The position numbers and the translations under genes were made by a program. Shown piece by piece: positions 49,004 through 59,696 of a stretch of 64,000 nucleotides of DNA; position 1 is the first letter of the stretch; the number at the start of each line of letters is the position of its first letter. The notes beneath the pieces were generated by a model, which saw only the letters and a program-made list of their open reading frames with translations, made no database searches and was not told the origin of the DNA. Source of the stretch: Bacteroidales bacterium (GTDB taxonomy: Bacteria > Bacteroidota > Bacteroidia > Bacteroidales > UBA12077); contig JANQHR010000034.1 in assembly GCA_028282585.1 (NCBI GenBank), positions 1-64,000 of the forward strand, given 5' to 3'.

Positions 49004-50521
49004 ATGCAAATTATAAATTCCATAGTTACCTGGCTTAATTTTAAACGATTATATCAAATCGATTTATTTAAGAAATTTCCTTTTGATGCACAACGAGAAG
49101 TAATTTTTGGATTGGTAGATAAAGCAAAAAAAACGGAATTTGGTGAAAAATACGATTTTAAATCTATTGATAGCATCCAGAAATTTCAAGAAAGAATACC
49201 TGTTCATACTTACGAAGAGATCAAACCATATATAGATCGGTTGTTAAAGGGAAAACAAAATGTTTTATGGCCATCAGAAATTAAATGGTTTGCAAAATCA
49301 TCCGGTACAACAAATGACAAAAGTAAATTTATCCCCGTTTCGAGAGAAACATTGGAAGATGCTCATTTTCGCGGAGGAAAAGATATTTTAGCAATTTATA
49401 CAAACAACTATCCTGAAACCAACTTGTTTAAAGGTAAAGGTTTAACTCTGGGTGGAAGCCATCAAATAAATAAAATAAACAATGAATCATTTTATGGTGA
49501 TTTATCTGCAATTTTAATTGAAAATTTACCTTTTTGGACTTATTTCATTAAAACTCCAAGTCAGGAAATTGCGTTGTTAAGTGAATGGGAAGAAAAAATG
49601 GAAAAAATTGCCAACGCCACATTAAAGGAAAATGTTACTAGTTTGGCAGGTGTTCCTTCATGGATGTTGGTTCTGATTCGTTATATTCTTGAAAAAACTG
49701 GTAAGAATAATTTATTGGAAATTTGGCCTAATCTGGAGCTTTTTACGCATGGTGGAGTTAGCTTTGAGCCATATCGGGAACAATATCAAAAATTGATTCC
49801 AACCGAAAAAATGAATTACCTTGAAACGTATAATGCTTCTGAAGGATTTTTCGCAATACAAGACAGACCGGAAAGTAATGATATGCTTTTAATGTTGGAT
49901 TATGGTATTTTTTACGAATTTATTCCGTCCGCAGATATTGATAAAGCAAATCCAAAAATATTGCATATTGATGAGGTAGAATTAAACAAAAACTATGCTA
50001 TATTAATTACTACCAATTCCGGATTATGGCGCTACATGATAGGTGATACGGTAACTTTCACATCATTATATCCACACAAAATAAAAATAAGCGGTAGGAC
50101 AAAACATTTTATCAATGCTTTTGGTGAGGAGGTAATTATTGATAACGCGCAAAAGGCACTTGCTGAGGCATGTAGTCAAACAGGAGCTTTAATAAAAGAT
50201 TACACTGCTGCACCAATTTTTATGGAGGAAGGTAAAAAGGGAGGACACCAGTGGTTAATTGAATTTGACAATTTACCTAATGACCTGGAGAAATTTACTT
50301 ATATCTTAGATGTAACTTTACAAAAAGTAAACTCAGATTACGAAGCAAAGCGATACAAAAATATAACATTAGATAAACCTGAACTAACAGTTGCTAAAAC
50401 AAACCTATTTTACAACTGGCTTAAATCAAAAGGTAAAATTGGCGGGCAAAATAAAGTTCCTCGTCTTGCAAATAACAGGAAATATATAGATGAGTTGCTA
50501 GTCCTTAATAAAAATCTCTAA
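49004..50521 (+). CDS. GH3 family acyl-adenylate amido synthetase
   Basis: KSSGTT, YNASEGFF, GLWRYMIGD, GGQNKVPR. Confidence 0.92.
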   Translation: MQIINSIVTWLNFKRLYQIDLFKKFPFDAQREVIFGLVDKAKKTEFGEKYDFKSIDSIQKFQERIPVHTYEEIKPYIDRLLKGKQNVLWPSEIKWFAKSSGTTNDKSKFIPVSRETLEDAHFRGGKDILAIYTNNYPETNLFKGKGLTLGGSHQINKINNESFYGDLSAILIENLPFWTYFIKTPSQEIALLSEWEEKMEKIANATLKENVTSLAGVPSWMLVLIRYILEKTGKNNLLEIWPNLELFTHGGVSFEPYREQYQKLIPTEKMNYLETYNASEGFFAIQDRPESNDMLLMLDYGIFYEFIPSADIDKANPKILHIDEVELNKNYAILITTNSGLWRYMIGDTVTFTSLYPHKIKISGRTKHFINAFGEEVIIDNAQKALAEACSQTGALIKDYTAAPIFMEEGKKGGHQWLIEFDNLPNDLEKFTYILDVTLQKVNSDYEAKRYKNITLDKPELTVAKTNLFYNWLKSKGKIGGQNKVPRLANNRKYIDELLVLNKNL

Positions 50522-50529
50522 TCTCACTT

Positions 50530-51333
50530 ATGCTTTTATCTTTAATTCTGTCCATACTGATAAATGCTGTTTCTTTGGTTCAACAAGCAGAGATAAAATT
50601 ACAACTAGAAATAAATATTAATGCCGAGAGTTTTACAGTTGATCCTTTAGGATACCTTTATGTCATAAATGGTACACAAATAAAAAAAATCGATCTAAAA
50701 ACAAATAAAGAAAAGAATTTTAGTACCGCCCTTTCAGGAAAAATACATTCAATTGATGTTTCCGACCCTTTCAGAACATTACTTTTTTATAAAGATTTTA
50801 ACCGGATTGAGTGGTTAGATAAGAATCTGTCTTCAATTGTAAGTTCTGTTTCATTAGATGATTTAGGATATTTTCAGGTTGCAGCGGTTTGTCATTCTGT
50901 TAACGGAGGATTTTGGTTATTTGATCAAAGTTTACATCAGATAGTTTATGTCGATAAAAACCTGAAAATAGTTAATAAAAGTACACAACTATCGGAGATG
51001 ATCGATCAAAATTCGGATATGGATCAGATATATATGCTGGAAAAAAATGACTATATTTATCTGGGTATAAATAGTAAAGAGATATTGTTGTTCGATAGTT
51101 ATGGTACGTATATCAAAACTTTCCCAATAAATTATAAAGAAAAATTTCAGGTAAATAATGGTACCATAATCTACTATCATGGTGAAAGTTTACGTTTTTA
51201 TAATACAAATAGCTATACGGAAGAAAAGATAACATTACAGCAACAAAATATTGAGCAGATTATATTAGAGAATAAAAGAGTTTTTATACAGACCGAAGAG
51301 AAAATTTCTATTTATCAACCAATTAATTTCTAA
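50530..51333 (+). CDS. Secreted hypothetical beta-propeller-like protein
   Basis: Signal peptide; VDPLGYLY, IDVSDPFRTLLFY repeats. Confidence 0.7.
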   Translation: MLLSLILSILINAVSLVQQAEIKLQLEININAESFTVDPLGYLYVINGTQIKKIDLKTNKEKNFSTALSGKIHSIDVSDPFRTLLFYKDFNRIEWLDKNLSSIVSSVSLDDLGYFQVAAVCHSVNGGFWLFDQSLHQIVYVDKNLKIVNKSTQLSEMIDQNSDMDQIYMLEKNDYIYLGINSKEILLFDSYGTYIKTFPINYKEKFQVNNGTIIYYHGESLRFYNTNSYTEEKITLQQQNIEQIILENKRVFIQTEEKISIYQPINF

Positions 51334-51344
51334 AGAATAAGGTA

Positions 51345-51590
51345 GTGAAAAAGAGAGTAATTGAAAAAGATAAAAACCTTAAAAGGGTACATCGCAAATC
51401 TATTTTGTTTAATAAAAGGGAAATTCAGGCTATAGATCACTATTGTAAAAGATATAAAATCAGGAATAAATCGAAATTTATGCGTGAGATGATCATTACC
51501 TCTGTTTTAAAAAAGTTTGACGAGGATTATCCTTCACTATTTGAGAAAAAACCTACTTTATTTAACCAGAATTTGAAAAGAAAAATTTAG
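51345..51590 (+). CDS. Small basic hypothetical protein (ribbon-helix-helix-like)
   Basis: 81 aa, GTG start; sits in operon with 3-nt gap to dNK. Confidence 0.6.
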   Translation: MKKRVIEKDKNLKRVHRKSILFNKREIQAIDHYCKRYKIRNKSKFMREMIITSVLKKFDEDYPSLFEKKPTLFNQNLKRKI

Positions 51591-51593
51591 CAT

Positions 51594-52235
51594 ATGACAA
51601 AAGATAACTCAAATGGAGCAATGCATATTGCAATTGCAGGAAATATAGGCTCAGGAAAAACTACCCTGGCAGGGTTGTTATCAAAGCACTACAACTGGCA
51701 GGCACATTTTGAAGATGTTGATGATAATCCATATCTGAATGATTTTTATGAAGATATGCAACGTTGGTCATTTAACCTGCAGGTTTATTTTTTAAATAGT
51801 CGATTAAATCAAATATTAAAGATCCGGAAATCAGGTAAAACGGTAGTTCAGGATAGAACTATATATGAAGATGCTTACATATTTGCACCCAACCTGCATT
51901 CTATGGGGTTAATGTCAACTCGTGATTTCGAAAATTATTTTACTCTTTTTAATTTAATGACATCGCTTATTCAACCACCGGATCTGTTGATTTATTTAAG
52001 AGCTACAGTGCCGACTTTAGTAAATCAAATTCAGAAAAGAGGACGTGAATATGAGAATTCTATCCGGTTAGATTATCTCAAAAGATTAAATGAAAGATAC
52101 GAAGCCTGGATAGGAACTTACAACCTCGGAAAATTATTAATAATAGATGTGGATAATTTGAACTTTACAGAAGTGAAAGAAGATTTAAGCAGTATTATTA
52201 GTAAAATCGATGCAGAAATTCATGGTTTATTTTAA
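51594..52235 (+). CDS. Deoxynucleoside kinase
   Basis: IAGNIGSGKTT, QDRTIYED, RGREYE; start may be MHIAIA at 51621. Confidence 0.92.
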   Translation: MTKDNSNGAMHIAIAGNIGSGKTTLAGLLSKHYNWQAHFEDVDDNPYLNDFYEDMQRWSFNLQVYFLNSRLNQILKIRKSGKTVVQDRTIYEDAYIFAPNLHSMGLMSTRDFENYFTLFNLMTSLIQPPDLLIYLRATVPTLVNQIQKRGREYENSIRLDYLKRLNERYEAWIGTYNLGKLLIIDVDNLNFTEVKEDLSSIISKIDAEIHGLF

Positions 52236-52302
52236 ATACCCGTTTATAAATGAAAATGGCCAGAAAATTTCTGACCATGTATATTTTATAATTGGTTGAA
52301 AA

Positions 52303-53493
52303 TTATTTTAATACGCCTAATTCTTTACCTACCTTGGTAAATGCAGTAACTGCTTTATCCAGATGTTCTTTTTCGTGTCCTGCAGAAATCTGAACTCGTA
52401 TTCTTGCTTGCTCTTTCGGAACAACCGGATAATAGAATCCAATTACATAAATACCTTCCTCAAGTAGTTTTGCTGCAAAATCTTGAGATAACTTAGCATC
52501 GTATAACATAACGGCTAAAATTGCAGATTCACTAGGTTTAATATCAAAACCGGCTGCAATCATTTTTTCCTTAAAATATTTAGTATTATTCACTAATTTA
52601 TCATGCAGATCATTCGATTCTTCAAGCATTTTGAAAACTTCTATACCTGCAGCCGCAACTGAAGGAGGAATTGAATTAGAAAATAAATATGGACGAGAAC
52701 GTTGGCGTAACATATCAATTATCTCTTTACGTCCTGTTGTGAACCCTCCTATTGCACCACCAAATGCTTTACCTAAAGTACCGGTAATGATATCAATTTT
52801 TCCTTTTAAATTATATAACTCCGAAACACCTTTTCCTGTTTCTCCAACTACTCCGGCAGAGTGACATTCGTCAACCATAACTAAAGCATCGTATTGTTCT
52901 GCCAGCTCACAGATTTTATCCATTGGAGCAACATGCCCGTCCATTGAGAAAACACCATCGGTTACGATAATTCTATATCGATGAGTTTGAGCAACTTTTA
53001 GTTGATCTTCAAGATCTTCCATGTCAGCTGATTCGTAACGAAAACGATGAGCTTTACATAATCTTACTCCATCAATTATTGAAGCATGATTAAGTGTATC
53101 AGAAATAATTGCATCCTCACTGGTTAAAAGAGGTTCGAAAACACCACCATTTGCATCAAAACAAGCTGCATATAAAATAGTATCTTCTGTTCCAAAATAA
53201 TCAGCAATTCTTCGTTCAAGTTCTTTATGCAAGTCTTGTGTTCCGCAAATAAATCGAACTGATGACATACCATAACCATGAGTGTCTAACGCATTTTTTG
53301 CAGCTTCAATTAATCTGGGATGGTTTGATAATCCAAGATAATTATTTGCGCAAAAGTTTAATACATCTTGTCCAGTATTCACTTTAATATCAGCTTTTTG
53401 AGGACTTACAATGATACGTTCTTTCTTATAGAGTCCGGCATTTTCAATTGCCTCCAATTCAGCTTTTAAGTGATCTTTAATTTTTCCGTACAT
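52303..53493 (-). CDS. kbl: Glycine C-acetyltransferase (2-amino-3-ketobutyrate CoA ligase)
   Basis: FCANNYLGL, SVRFICGTQ, GTLGKAFGG, RSRPYLFSN; start MYGKIK at 53493. Confidence 0.93.
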   Translation of the reverse strand: MYGKIKDHLKAELEAIENAGLYKKERIIVSPQKADIKVNTGQDVLNFCANNYLGLSNHPRLIEAAKNALDTHGYGMSSVRFICGTQDLHKELERRIADYFGTEDTILYAACFDANGGVFEPLLTSEDAIISDTLNHASIIDGVRLCKAHRFRYESADMEDLEDQLKVAQTHRYRIIVTDGVFSMDGHVAPMDKICELAEQYDALVMVDECHSAGVVGETGKGVSELYNLKGKIDIITGTLGKAFGGAIGGFTTGRKEIIDMLRQRSRPYLFSNSIPPSVAAAGIEVFKMLEESNDLHDKLVNNTKYFKEKMIAAGFDIKPSESAILAVMLYDAKLSQDFAAKLLEEGIYVIGFYYPVVPKEQARIRVQISAGHEKEHLDKAVTAFTKVGKELGVLK

Positions 53494-53759
53494 GATACCC
53501 TTGTGTTTTAAGTTTTTTAAACAGATTATATATTGATTGTCTGTATGATCAAATCGGCGCAAATGTAATGTAAAAATCAAGAATTCTTTAGGACATTTCT
53601 CATGTTTTAGATCATTATTACCATTGCATTTAAAGCTATGTTTTAGTTGCTTATAATACAATTGCTTATAGTATTTGTTTATTAATTTTTTAAGCTCACG
53701 AAATTAAATATTTAAATAGTTAGATTTTTTTTATCTTAGTACAGCTAAAATATCTACCT

Positions 53760-55235
53760 ATGAAAACCCAAAACGATGTTATAATTATTGGTGCCGGTAT
53801 AATGGGTGCCACTATGGGTATTATGATGAAGAAATTGATGCCCGAATCGAAAATCACCATTTATGAAAAATTAAACCAAGTTGCTGCTGAAAGTTCCGAT
53901 TCATGGAATAATGCGGGAACAGGTCATTCGGCTTTCTGTGAGTTGAATTATACTCCTCAACAAAAAGATGGTTCAATTAACATTGACAAGGCTCTAACAA
54001 TTGCTTCTTCTTTTGAAATTTCCCGACAGTTCTGGGCCTATCTGAAAGAAGAGAATGTATTAATCGAACCTTTTATCAAAACAGTTCCTCATATGAGTTT
54101 TGTGTGGGGTGAGGATAATATTAAATTTCTTCGAAAGCGCCATGAAGCCATGACTAAATATGCTCTTTTTGAAGACATGAAATATTCTGAAGATTTCGAT
54201 GAAGTTGCAGGTTGGGTTCCGATGATGATGAAAGGGAGAGATAGAAATGAACGTATGGGAGTAACCCGAATGCAAGCGGGAACAGATGTTAATTTTGATG
54301 TAATTACAAAAGGTATGATCGCCTTTCTTGAAAAAACTGATGGAGTTGAAGTTTGCTTAAACCATCAGGTTAAAAAGCTAAAAAAGCAAAATGACGGAAG
54401 TTGGAACATCAAGGTAAAAGATAGAAATACTGGTAAAATAAAAATTACTAATACAAAGTTTGTATTTATTGGGGCCGGTGGCGGTTCATTACCATTATTA
54501 CAAAAATCAGGAATTAAAGAGGGAAAAGGATATGGAGGATTTCCGGTAAGTGGTAAGTTTATGAAATGTATGAATCCTGAAGTAATTAAAGATCACAAAG
54601 CTAAGGTTTACGGTAAGGCTGCAGAAGGTTCTCCACCAATGTCTATGCCTCATTTGGATGAGCGAAGAATAAATGGAGAAGGTTCATTATTGTTTGGTCC
54701 GTATGCAGGAATGTCGATGAAATTCTTGAAAACTGGATCAGGATTAGATTTAACTAAATCATTGAGATTTAATAATATTCGCCCAATGTTGGCTGTTGCA
54801 AAAAATGAATTTGGTTTGATCAAATATTTAGTAGGTCAGGTGATGCAATCAAAAACAGATCGATTTAAGTTCCTTAAATTGTATTTCCCTGAAGCAAAAG
54901 AAAAAGATTGGGAATTGTATACAGCCGGACAAAGAGTACAAATTATGAAGAAGGATAAAGAAAAGGGTGGAGTATTAAAATTAGGTACTGAAATAATCAA
55001 CAGCGCAGATGGCACTTTAGCTGCTTTACTAGGGGCTTCGCCAGGAGCATCGACTGCTGTAACCACTATGTTTGAGGTATTAGAAAAGTGTTTTGCTGAT
55101 GAAATGGCATCAGGAAATTGGAAAGAAAAGTTAGCAGAGATGATTCCAAGTTACGGAAAGTCTTTAATCGACGATGCGGAACTTTGCAGATCAACCAGAA
55201 AGGCAACTGCAAAGGTTTTGGATCTTGATGAATAA
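53760..55235 (+). CDS. mqo: Malate:quinone oxidoreductase
   Basis: GAGIMG, WNNAGTGHSAFCELNYT, AGQRVQI, LLGASPGAST. Confidence 0.95.
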   Translation: MKTQNDVIIIGAGIMGATMGIMMKKLMPESKITIYEKLNQVAAESSDSWNNAGTGHSAFCELNYTPQQKDGSINIDKALTIASSFEISRQFWAYLKEENVLIEPFIKTVPHMSFVWGEDNIKFLRKRHEAMTKYALFEDMKYSEDFDEVAGWVPMMMKGRDRNERMGVTRMQAGTDVNFDVITKGMIAFLEKTDGVEVCLNHQVKKLKKQNDGSWNIKVKDRNTGKIKITNTKFVFIGAGGGSLPLLQKSGIKEGKGYGGFPVSGKFMKCMNPEVIKDHKAKVYGKAAEGSPPMSMPHLDERRINGEGSLLFGPYAGMSMKFLKTGSGLDLTKSLRFNNIRPMLAVAKNEFGLIKYLVGQVMQSKTDRFKFLKLYFPEAKEKDWELYTAGQRVQIMKKDKEKGGVLKLGTEIINSADGTLAALLGASPGASTAVTTMFEVLEKCFADEMASGNWKEKLAEMIPSYGKSLIDDAELCRSTRKATAKVLDLDE

Positions 55236-55264
55236 ATAACTCAACTCGAAATTATATTAAGCAA

Positions 55265-55291
55265 AAAGCGCAACATTAGGAGTTGCGCTTT
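55265..55291. terminator. Bidirectional terminator
   Basis: AAAGCGCAAC-loop-GTTGCGCTTT between convergent genes. Confidence 0.8.
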
Positions 55292-55292
55292 C

Positions 55293-56108
55293 TTATTTGC
55301 GTTCAAAGAAGTATTTTAAACCATCATAAATGCTGTGAAAAGGTACATGACCTTCATTTTCGTATATTAAATATTGGTGCCTTACTTTATTTCCTAATTT
55401 ATTTTTAATAGTTTCGGAGAAATCAGCAATTTCTTGTTGAAAAGTTCCATCAGGATCTAAAGGATCATGAAGTCCGTTTGTTATAAAAATTTCCTGGCCA
55501 TTAAACTTATCTAACTGACTAAATGATTTATTATACATTTCGGTAAAAAAATCATTACAACCAGGGAAGGCACCACTTGAAACAAGGTAAGAATTAAATA
55601 GTTCTGGTTTTTTTAAAAAAGCATATAATGTAAAAATACCACTTAGAGATTGCCCACAAAGTATTCTTTCCGTTGAATGGTATTTATCTTCAATATGCGG
55701 GATAAGTTCTTTTTCAATAAATTCTAGAAAAAACTTAGCTCCAGCTTGATAGGCTTCAGGGTAATAGATCGTATTTGTTGGCCACATGTCTCTTGCTCTG
55801 TTTGTATTTTCAATGGCCACAATGATCATTTCAGGAGCAATTTCATCTGCATAAGTCAGTCGATTTGCTGCAACTATGGTTTCATTTAATAATTCAATAT
55901 CACCGTCTAACCGATACAAGATAGGATAAGATTTTCCAGGACTGTAACCTTCAGGTAGATGAATTAATACGGTTCTGTTCTCATTCAATAGTTCAGATTT
56001 AATACTATCTTTAAATCCGATATTAATGTTAATTTCTTGTCCGTGAACTAGGATGGTTGAAAAGAGCGCAATTAGAAAGAATAGAAAAGTTATGTAATTT
56101 TTCTTCAT
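55293..56108 (-). CDS. Secreted IroE/Fes-like esterase
   Basis: Signal peptide, YPILYRLDG, CGQSLSG, EGH. Confidence 0.85.
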   Translation of the reverse strand: MKKNYITFLFFLIALFSTILVHGQEININIGFKDSIKSELLNENRTVLIHLPEGYSPGKSYPILYRLDGDIELLNETIVAANRLTYADEIAPEMIIVAIENTNRARDMWPTNTIYYPEAYQAGAKFFLEFIEKELIPHIEDKYHSTERILCGQSLSGIFTLYAFLKKPELFNSYLVSSGAFPGCNDFFTEMYNKSFSQLDKFNGQEIFITNGLHDPLDPDGTFQQEIADFSETIKNKLGNKVRHQYLIYENEGHVPFHSIYDGLKYFFERK

Positions 56109-56191
56109 AGTCTTAAATAAAAGTTATTGTTAATAATATAGTTAACGTTGTTTTAAATTAGATTATTATAAACGCTTAAGAATAAGAAATT

Positions 56192-57262
56192 TTAATTTAA
56201 ATACATAACTTTTCTTATTTCAGTTGAAATTGAGAAAAGATTAGGATTTTCATTATTATCTAACAAAATAATTGAGTTATTATCTTCTTTAACAAAATGA
56301 ATTAATGATCTGTATCCAAAAAATAAACCTTCATGCCCAAAAAGTGTTATTTTTTGACCATTACCTAAGGTTTTTTCTAATACCCCAAATCCATATCCAT
56401 ACCTTGAAAAATTAACTGTTAGCATTTTATCCATGCTTTCTTTGCTAAGTATTGTGTTAAAAAAGAGTGCATTTTGCCATTTTAATAAATCTTCTACAGT
56501 TGAATAAATTGCTCCTGCAGAAAAAGCACCGGATGGATGATAATATGGCGCAACTTTTAATGTATCATTCGATTTGATGTAACCATACGATTTATTTTTA
56601 AGAATCTCATTACCCTTTAAAACACCCGAACCTTTCATTGATAAAGGGTTGAAGATATATTTATCCAAACATTCATCATAGCTTAATCCGGTAACTTCTT
56701 CAATGATTACGCCGAGTAAGAAAAAGCCTGAATTAGAATATTTTAGTTCAGAACCTGGCTCAAAATCGAGATCAAGATCCCAAAAGTTCTTGATGAATTC
56801 CGTTGGTTCATTCTTCTTAAAAACCAATTCTTTATTAAGTAAAATAAAGTAATATTCCGGAATTCCCGAAGTATGGCTCAAGAGGTGATGAATATTGATT
56901 TTATTTCCTTTTTCCGCAGGATAGTCAGGAATATATTTAGTTATTTTTTCACCTAGAGAAATTTTCCCTTGTTCAATAAGAATCATAACGAGCGCAGCTG
57001 TAAATTGCTTGCTACAGGATCCAATTAAAAATTTAGATTGAGGGTTATTAAAAGTTTCCAACTCAAAGTTTGAATGGCCATAACCCTTAACTAATATAGG
57101 ATTTCCTTTTTCTGAAACTAATGCTGTACCGTTAAAATTTCCCAGTTTATAATTACTATTTAAAATTGAATCAATTTTTTCATATTTATTTTGTGCGCTT
57201 AAATAATTGATAAAAAGAAACAGGCATATAATTATTAAAACTACTTTTTTCATAATTAACAA
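56192..57262 (-). CDS. Serine hydrolase (class C beta-lactamase/PBP-like)
   Basis: GSCSKQF (SxxK), LLSHTSG, YSN, HEG. Confidence 0.9.
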   Translation of the reverse strand: MLIMKKVVLIIICLFLFINYLSAQNKYEKIDSILNSNYKLGNFNGTALVSEKGNPILVKGYGHSNFELETFNNPQSKFLIGSCSKQFTAALVMILIEQGKISLGEKITKYIPDYPAEKGNKINIHHLLSHTSGIPEYYFILLNKELVFKKNEPTEFIKNFWDLDLDFEPGSELKYSNSGFFLLGVIIEEVTGLSYDECLDKYIFNPLSMKGSGVLKGNEILKNKSYGYIKSNDTLKVAPYYHPSGAFSAGAIYSTVEDLLKWQNALFFNTILSKESMDKMLTVNFSRYGYGFGVLEKTLGNGQKITLFGHEGLFFGYRSLIHFVKEDNNSIILLDNNENPNLFSISTEIRKVMYLN

Positions 57263-57326
57263 GGTTAATATTGATTTAAAAGAGCTTTTAAAAGACTCTT
57301 AAATATTAATTTTTATAAAAATCAGG

Positions 57327-57695
57327 TTACTGTGTTTCTTCTTTAGAAATCCATGTAAGTATTATAATTCCGGCGCGCGCAACGATAAATACCATAATAC
57401 CGAAAAGCGGATTAAGTATGGCCATTTTAAGTCCATCGGCAAGTAAACTTGGTGTTAACTCCCCATGAGCAGATACTCTGTCAAAAGCCATTATTAAGCC
57501 AAACGTTCTACCCAGAAAGCCCCACGCAACTGCAAACCAGGCAAAATGCGACATTAGTGAAATTATTTTCTTGTGATTACCTTTTGTAAGGAAAGCACTT
57601 ATAAATAATGCAATTACCACTATAAGAATAATAAAAATAGTGTAAGAGAAAAGTGGTCCGCCATCGTTAAATTTGTCTAGAACTTGTCTAATCAT
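57327..57695 (-). CDS. Small MotA/TolQ/ExbB-like membrane protein
   Basis: GGPLF start, GFLGRTFGLIMAF, LADGLKMAIL. Confidence 0.7.
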   Translation of the reverse strand: MIRQVLDKFNDGGPLFSYTIFIILIVVIALFISAFLTKGNHKKIISLMSHFAWFAVAWGFLGRTFGLIMAFDRVSAHGELTPSLLADGLKMAILNPLFGIMVFIVARAGIIILTWISKEETQ

Positions 57696-57907
57696 AATTT
57701 TAAGTTTTAAATTAATACTAAACCAAATCTAATAAAGGTTTTTACCACTTTTTTTAATTTGCGACGGATGAGATATTTGCTTTCCTTTTCAACAAATATA
57801 AAGATACAAATGAATATTAAATAAATTAAATTGTTAAATCAATATCTAATCCCGTTATTGATCTATAATACCTTGACAATTCAGATGTTTTACGTATTAT
57901 TGTTTTA

Positions 57908-58978
57908 ATGAATATTTTCAAAAAAGATAAAATTAAAGTCGTTCCAATTCATCTTTTATTATGGGTGGGAGTATGGTTTTTCTTTCGTTATTTTTTTGGA
58001 TATAACTCCAACGATGCAATTTATGTTACTTGGTTTTCAAGTATTTTGCTACCCTTAACAATGGTGATTACTTATTTTGTAAGTTATTATCTAATACCAA
58101 AATATTTATTAAACAAGCAGTATTGGAAATTTGCATTATACAGTTTTTACACCTTGGTATTTTCTTCTTATCTAATAGTACTGGTTATTTATGGGTGCTT
58201 AATATTTTTATTAAAATTTAACATAAGTATTATGCCTCCTATGAGTAAGAATTTTGTTTTTGTTTTGATCCTGGTTTTTATAGTAGTCGGGACAGTGAGT
58301 TTTTTTAATATTTTAAACCAAAACTTTAAGGCCGCAGCAAAGAATAAGGAACTCCAAAATAAAATTTTAAATACACAACTGCAATTAAAAGAACAGGAAC
58401 TGCATTATTTAAAAATGCAGATCCACCCGCATTTTTTATTTAATACTTTGAATACGATATACGGATTCGCTTTAAAACAATCAAAACAAACACCGGATAT
58501 TATACTAAAACTTTCTAACTTACTTGATTATATTTTATACCAGGTTAATAAACCAAAGGTTAGTTTAAAAGAAGAGATTTTGCATATCAATGAATATGTT
58601 GAACTTGAAAAAATTCGATTTAAGGATAATCTCAAAGTATCGTTTAATTCCGGCTCAATTGATGAAAAACAAGAAATTGAACCCATGTTATTAATTCCAT
58701 TTGTTGAGAATGCATTTAAACATGGAAACCTGATTAATGGAATTTTAGAGATTAAAATTAATATACTAAACGAAAATAATAAACTGGATTTTGTTGTAGA
58801 AAACACAACCTTAAATCACCAAGACGGATTTAATAACGGTGGAATTGGTTTAGAAAATATTAGGAAAAGGCTTAAACTTTATTATAATGATCAGTTTGAA
58901 CTGAAAACCGAACAAAGAAACAATATTTTCTCAGCAAGGCTTATTATATCCAATTTAAAACAAGCAAAAAATGGCTAA
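57908..58978 (+). CDS. LytS-type sensor histidine kinase
   Basis: LKMQIHPHFLFNTLN, PFVENAFKHG, GIGLENI. Confidence 0.93.
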   Translation: MNIFKKDKIKVVPIHLLLWVGVWFFFRYFFGYNSNDAIYVTWFSSILLPLTMVITYFVSYYLIPKYLLNKQYWKFALYSFYTLVFSSYLIVLVIYGCLIFLLKFNISIMPPMSKNFVFVLILVFIVVGTVSFFNILNQNFKAAAKNKELQNKILNTQLQLKEQELHYLKMQIHPHFLFNTLNTIYGFALKQSKQTPDIILKLSNLLDYILYQVNKPKVSLKEEILHINEYVELEKIRFKDNLKVSFNSGSIDEKQEIEPMLLIPFVENAFKHGNLINGILEIKINILNENNKLDFVVENTTLNHQDGFNNGGIGLENIRKRLKLYYNDQFELKTEQRNNIFSARLIISNLKQAKNG

Positions 58979-59690
58979 AATTATTAAATGCATTATAGTT
59001 GATGATGAGCATGTTGCCAGAGATGTTTTAGAGAATCATATTTCCCGAATTGATAATATAATAATTACTGCAACATGTAAAAGTGCCTTAGAGGCATTTA
59101 ATATAATTAGCAGGGAAAGTATTGATCTGATTTTTTTAGATATAAATATGCCGGAGATATCCGGTTTATCCTTTGCAAAGTCAATCAACAAAAACATAAA
59201 GATAATTTTCACAACAGCTTACCGTGAGTATGCTGTAGATGGTTTTAATCTGCAAGCTGTTGATTATTTATTAAAACCGATTTCTTTTGAAAGGCTGTTA
59301 CAAGCAATTAATAAATATTTAAATGAGAATATTTCTGTTGCATCCGGAGTTAAGGAATTAATAGCTGAAGAGCAAAATGATTACATTTTTGTACGATCTA
59401 ACCGTAAAATGATTAAAATTAAATTTAATGAAATCAAATATATCGAAAGCCTTAGTGATTACGTTAAGATACATTTAAAAGAAAAAACGGTTATAACACG
59501 CGAAACGATTTCAAATATTGAAGCAAAACTACCTCAGAAAAACTTTATAAGAATACACCGGTCTTATATAGTTTCTATTTTTAGTATTGATTCTTATACC
59601 AACGAAGATGTTGAAGTTTGCGGTATAGAATTACCCATTAGCAGAACCTATAAAGACAGTGTATTAAATAAATTGATAAAAAACTATTAA
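58971..59690 (+). CDS. LytTR family response regulator
   Basis: IVDDE, FLDINMP, YLLKP, FIRIHRSYIV. Confidence 0.95.
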   Translation: MAKIIKCIIVDDEHVARDVLENHISRIDNIIITATCKSALEAFNIISRESIDLIFLDINMPEISGLSFAKSINKNIKIIFTTAYREYAVDGFNLQAVDYLLKPISFERLLQAINKYLNENISVASGVKELIAEEQNDYIFVRSNRKMIKIKFNEIKYIESLSDYVKIHLKEKTVITRETISNIEAKLPQKNFIRIHRSYIVSIFSIDSYTNEDVEVCGIELPISRTYKDSVLNKLIKNY

Positions 59691-59696
59691 ACTTGA

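Noticed and set aside
51345-51590. Antitoxin of a toxin-antitoxin pair
   Set aside because: Neighbours are a secreted protein and a deoxynucleoside kinase; no toxin motif
53494-53661. N-terminal extension of kbl
   Set aside because: TTG-initiated read-through of intergenic DNA; typical Kbl begins at MYGK (53493)
56192-57262. Bona fide beta-lactam resistance gene
   Set aside because: SxxK/YxN/HxG motifs are shared by many peptidases and esterases; activity cannot be inferred
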